The position numbers were made by a program, and so were the translations under genes. Under the pieces are notes generated by a model. It made no database searches and was not told where the DNA came from. It worked only from the letters and a program-made list of their open reading frames with translations. A DNA stretch of 43,407 bases, from contig JBPCLO010000025.1 in the NCBI GenBank assembly GCA_051003155.1, positions 1 to 43,407 of the forward strand, written 5' to 3'. Source of the DNA: Fimbriimonadales bacterium. Lineage in GTDB: Bacteria; Armatimonadota; Fimbriimonadia; Fimbriimonadales; ATM1. Shown piece by piece: positions 39,712-43,407 of this stretch (its first letter is position 1; each line of letters opens with the position of its first letter).

Positions 39712-40096
39712 TTGCGCCTAAGGAGAAAATGGTTGGCATCCACTAAGTGGATAGTAACACTAAGCATGCTGGCCCTATTTATCATTGCTTGCATAGGCTG
39801 GGCACAATACTTGGGATATGCGCAACTGGCGCATAGGCAGCAGGTCGTAGGAATGTTGCTGGGCGCCCAGTTGGAAAGATATACACGCGGCGAGATGGAG
39901 ATGTTGCTTGGCCCGCCGGACGAATCTGAATATGAATCCGACGATCGGGTGGTTTTTTTATTTCGTTGACGTGAATCTAGGGAATACTTGGTCAGTTAAG
40001 GTCCACTATTCCGGTGCAGGAACGGTTGAAAATATCGAAGTAGACGGCGAACACGAACTCAAAAAATGCATTTTCGATCCACAAGTCCTCTCTTGA
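39712..40096 (+). pseudogene. BamE/SmpA-like small membrane-anchored protein, frameshifted near a T7 run
   Basis: TRGEMEMLLGPPD, stop at 39969; WFFYFVD..WSVKVHY..GTVENIEV continues in another frame. Confidence 0.5.
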
Positions 40097-40159
40097 AGGT
40101 TGTGCCGTGGTAGAGGGTGAAGACGTCCGATTGACAGGGAAATGGCGCGTCTCTCGCAT

Positions 40160-40756
40160 TCACTGGACTTGACGGATGCTATATAAAATGTACGGAAGCA
40201 ATGCCATGGCCTCCGCCTCCGCTGCAAGATTATTTGAAGGAAACTCCAGCCCCACCCCCATGTGCTCGTCCTCAGATAGGAAATGGTACGACCGCCAATC
40301 CCTTCCATGTCGAGTTGATGTCATTATAAGCCGTCCGACCCAAGGCCCCGCTATGACGGTGTCCAGCGCTGGGTTCTCAATTTGCCGCTTCACGCTTGCT
40401 TTCGCATGCTTTTTATCAGGATTCTTGCCCACGTAGAATCCGACCCTAACTCCTTGCTTGCCCTTCAAAACCAGATTTCCAGGAAAGAGCTCAACCTTAA
40501 CTGTAGGAGGAACCTTCACGATCAGAAGCTTTGTGCCCTCGGTGACCAAATTGATATTGGGAACGGTTAACGCCACGGTATTCCTAAAATCAGGCTTGCT
40601 AATGGTCCCATTAAGCTTGGGATGCGACGATGTGTTAGTCGTTTTTTCTGTCTCGAAGCCAGTTCGGCTGCAACCGATCAGTAGCCATGGGCAAACACCA
40701 CATAACACGGCAGCGGTGAGCGTGCCGTATATACGTGTTGTTCCACTGAATGACAT
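40160..40756 (-). CDS. Hypothetical lipoprotein
   Basis: Lipobox LIGC; GAAGGGG RBS before ATG 40756. Confidence 0.65.
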   Translation of the reverse strand: MSFSGTTRIYGTLTAAVLCGVCPWLLIGCSRTGFETEKTTNTSSHPKLNGTISKPDFRNTVALTVPNINLVTEGTKLLIVKVPPTVKVELFPGNLVLKGKQGVRVGFYVGKNPDKKHAKASVKRQIENPALDTVIAGPWVGRLIMTSTRHGRDWRSYHFLSEDEHMGVGLEFPSNNLAAEAEAMALLPYILYSIRQVQ

Positions 40757-40809
40757 TACGGCCCCTTCGGTTCCCCTAGAGACGTGCAAATTTACGCCTC
40801 TCCTTGCCT

Positions 40810-40911
40810 GGACCTGCTCCTCCGAATATCTTTTGCCTTTCATCTGTGTCCGTCCTTCTCTTGAAGACCAACCCAAAATCCAAGATGGGTCATTTTACAG
40901 GGAACAGGTCA
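40810..40911 (-). mobile_element. IS3-family left-end remnant
   Basis: Starts TGACCTGTTCCC, RBS, orfA start MKGKRYSEEQV, then truncated. Confidence 0.75.
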
Positions 40912-40929
40912 CGGAGGCGTCCAACTCCT

Positions 40930-41110
40930 TCAGCGCGAAGCCGGTCGGCCTCTCTTGGCCTGACCTCGAGCATAACACTTGGCTCCTTGTTCCCAAACTT
41001 CCACTGCACCGCTGAACAAAGCCACGTTGACGTATTTCGTGAAGGAATGGATGCCGAGGAAGCAGCCTTGGCCATCGACTCCGTACAGCGGCGAGTTCCG
41101 TTCGACAACC
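40930..41110 (-). pseudogene. DUF1801-like fragment
   Basis: NSPLYGVDGQGCFLGIHSFTKYVNVALFSG. Confidence 0.55.
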
Positions 41111-41143
41111 TGCTGGCGGTCGATTAAGGGTAAACATGCGCCG

Positions 41144-41756
41144 ATGAGTCCTGAATCGTGGGACGTGCCCGTCACTGAAGACGGCCGTCGCTCCCTCATC
41201 GAACTGGTCGCGCGCTATCGCGCTTCTGGCCAGACCCGTGAGCTGGGCGTCTGCCTCGCACGGCTAGCGCATTGCGTCAAACACGTGGGTACAGAGGACG
41301 GGGCTGACGCCTTCCCTGCATCGGCAGGCTTCGGTCGCGAGGCAGTCGACTTGCTCAGGCAGACGGGTGACAAGAGTGAGCTGGCGCGCGCGCTTCGGGT
41401 CGCCGCCGTCCCGCTCGTGGCGGGAGTGCACCACAAGGCGCTGCTGAGCGAATCGCTCGCGATCGCTCGCGAGATCGGCGATAAGGAGGAAGAGGGATGG
41501 ACACTCTTTCGGATGACCCGTGCGGACGGTGTCGAGGGCGCGACGGTCGAACAGGCGCTCGCGTGCTTCGAGGTTTGCGGAAGCCTTGCCGGAAAAGCGA
41601 CCTGCCTTGTCGCCCTCGGTTTTGAGCGGTTCGCCACAGTCTCCGGAGCTGATCGACGAGGCCGTAGAGCTTTACGAACAGGCTGGTGACCACCGCGGGG
41701 CCGAAATCGCCCGTGTCTTTGCCGACACCGTCCGCGGGAACGGGCCGGGTGCTTGA
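41144..41756 (+). pseudogene. TPR-like helical protein with a frameshift near 41630
   Basis: EAVDLLRQTGD, ESLAIAREIGD repeats; third repeat EAVELYEQAGD lies in another frame. Confidence 0.6.
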
Positions 41757-41856
41757 CTAGCTCGATCACCACGCCCATCTCGCCGGAAGAGCAGAAGATT
41801 GCCCTCCTTCAACCGCCGATTGGTCGCGGTGTAACGGACCCGTCCATAATGCCCAC

Positions 41857-42744
41857 ATGATCTCCGTTCGAGCTGCTGCCTCGGCGAGCGTCTGTGTTGT
41901 GCTCATCGCCGGCTGCACATCCGGTGAGAAAACGCGCATCGCGAACCAAGTCACCGGCAAGTGGTATGGCAAGACCAGACCTGTTAAGGGCGCCGAGCCC
42001 GACCCCGCTCTGCAGAAGTTTGTCGATATCGCGGCCGTCTCGCCGCTTACCTTGGAGCTAACTCCTGAGGGGACATTTACGCTCACCATGATGAGCGCGC
42101 CGATGACGGGTTTCTATACTGTGGTTAGCGACAAGGTCACGCTGAAGATTGAATCGGTCTCCGGTCAACGCATAGATGACCCAAAGAGTCCTCTGGCGTT
42201 TATGTTGGAGGAACTTAAGGAGCCGATGGTCGGCACGTTGCGCGACGGTGGAAAGACCTTGTTCTTCGCTGCAAAGACGAAGGAGCCTGGCGATGCCGAC
42301 ATGACGTTTACGCGAAATCCGCCTGCCGAAGACAAGGTCGGCGGCAAGACTGTATCGACCAGCGAAGCGAAGTTAGTGGGTAAGTATGTTTTTGACACAA
42401 CCTACGCGCCGCCTTCAAAACCGCCCGCTGACCCAAACGACAAGCGCGAAATCGCCAGAAGGAAAGCGCAGGAGTTTGTACGGCGCCAGGCTAAGAGTTC
42501 GCGTCTGAGCCTGCGCGCTGACAACTCGTTTGTAATGGAAATTATGGTCACGCTGAAGGGAACATGGAAACTGAGGGGCAACGAACTCGTAATGACGATG
42601 CGCGAGCCCAAGGCCATGGTCGACTACGCCGCCAAAGGCGGCAACAAGCCAGAAATGAAAGCGCGACTGTCTAAGGACCCATCACAACTGCTCATGTTGA
42701 ACGACAAGAGCCGAGAAGTTGACTTCGCTCTGAGACGAGAATAA
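41857..42744 (+). CDS. Lipoprotein with two tandem lipocalin-like domains
   Basis: Lipobox IAGC; VTGKW..LELTPEGTF and LVGKY..LSLRADNSF..GTWKLRG. Confidence 0.75.
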   Translation: MISVRAAASASVCVVLIAGCTSGEKTRIANQVTGKWYGKTRPVKGAEPDPALQKFVDIAAVSPLTLELTPEGTFTLTMMSAPMTGFYTVVSDKVTLKIESVSGQRIDDPKSPLAFMLEELKEPMVGTLRDGGKTLFFAAKTKEPGDADMTFTRNPPAEDKVGGKTVSTSEAKLVGKYVFDTTYAPPSKPPADPNDKREIARRKAQEFVRRQAKSSRLSLRADNSFVMEIMVTLKGTWKLRGNELVMTMREPKAMVDYAAKGGNKPEMKARLSKDPSQLLMLNDKSREVDFALRRE

Positions 42745-42919
42745 GCTCGTCCGGTACCTCCTGACTTACTCGCCCTTGTCCCCAAGACAACAATGCAGCG
42801 CCGGGGACTCGCGGCGTAGCTCGAAGACAGTCGAGAGTGGAAGTTCTCTCGGGGATATGGGTAGAGCCAAGATCCAGTTGCTCGCCACTCAGTCTTCGAC
42901 GAATGCATCGTGCAGAACA

Positions 42920-43281
42920 ATGACCTATTCCTGTAGAGTTTGGAACTCGCGCTTATTGCTGGCCGTTTGGCTCATCATCGCCATTGCATTTCCTGGGTGC
43001 CATTCTGAGCAAGAACCCATGAACAGACTCTCGGGCACGTGGAAGGGTGCCCTTGAAGTCGGCAATGACCCGGGCGTTGAATCGATGGCAAGAGGACTAG
43101 CGTCATCGGCCCGGTTAACATTGCAACGAGACGGAACATTCATGCTAAGGATGGTCGATACTCAAGAAAAGGGAACGTGGGAGCTAGAGGGTCGAATCAT
43201 AACGACAAGGAACGTAAGTGTTCAGTTCAAGGGCGACCTTCAAAACGATGCGACGGTTCATCAGTATCGCGTCAGCCAAGA
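42920..43281 (+). pseudogene. Lipocalin-like lipoprotein interrupted by an IS3 element
   Basis: Lipobox FPGC, LSGTW, LTLQRDGTF, GTWELEG; reading continues into the IS end. Confidence 0.6.
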
Positions 43282-43407
43282 TGACTGGTACCCCATAATC
43301 TGACCACCCCTGAGTTTTAGTTTCCGTCTCAAGAAACAAGGAGACGCGAAAATGAACAGAGGAAAACGCTACAGCGAGGACCAGATCATAAGGGTTCTCA
43401 AGGAGAT
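43282..43407 (+). mobile_element. IS3-family element, left end and start of orfA (runs off window)
   Basis: 5'-TGACTGGTACCCC end, AAGGAG RBS, ATG 43352 MNRGKRYSEDQIIRVLKE. Confidence 0.8.

Overview
GC-rich bacterial chromosome segment. The protein types suggest Armatimonadota (Fimbriimonadia-like), which is an inference. The left half (1-22.6 kb) is mostly housekeeping: Fe/Mn SOD, atpD-atpC, pspA, a split glutamine-dependent NAD synthetase, glyS, a Ycf46-type AAA ATPase, an SBP-permease fusion, ChaN, hemW and prfA. Inserted between atpC and pspA is a stand-alone 561-aa UG/Abi-type (DRT-like) reverse transcriptase whose YxDD motif reads WVDE. It ends in a Tyr and has structured non-coding DNA on both sides, making it the best candidate for an undescribed defence system. 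The right half (22.7-43.4 kb) is a patchwork of short secreted/lipoprotein genes, gene tails and pseudogenes. It is punctuated by a family of GGGTGG-footed long-loop hairpins (REP-like, with stems conserved in structure but not sequence), decayed REP-associated tyrosine transposase (RAYT) copies and IS3 remnants. Two hairpins of the same architecture sit next to the RT, suggesting a REP/RAYT-linked route of gene acquisition. Many genes look leaderless, with a -10 hexamer 6-8 nt before the start codon. All calls are from reading the sequence by eye; no searches or folding were run.
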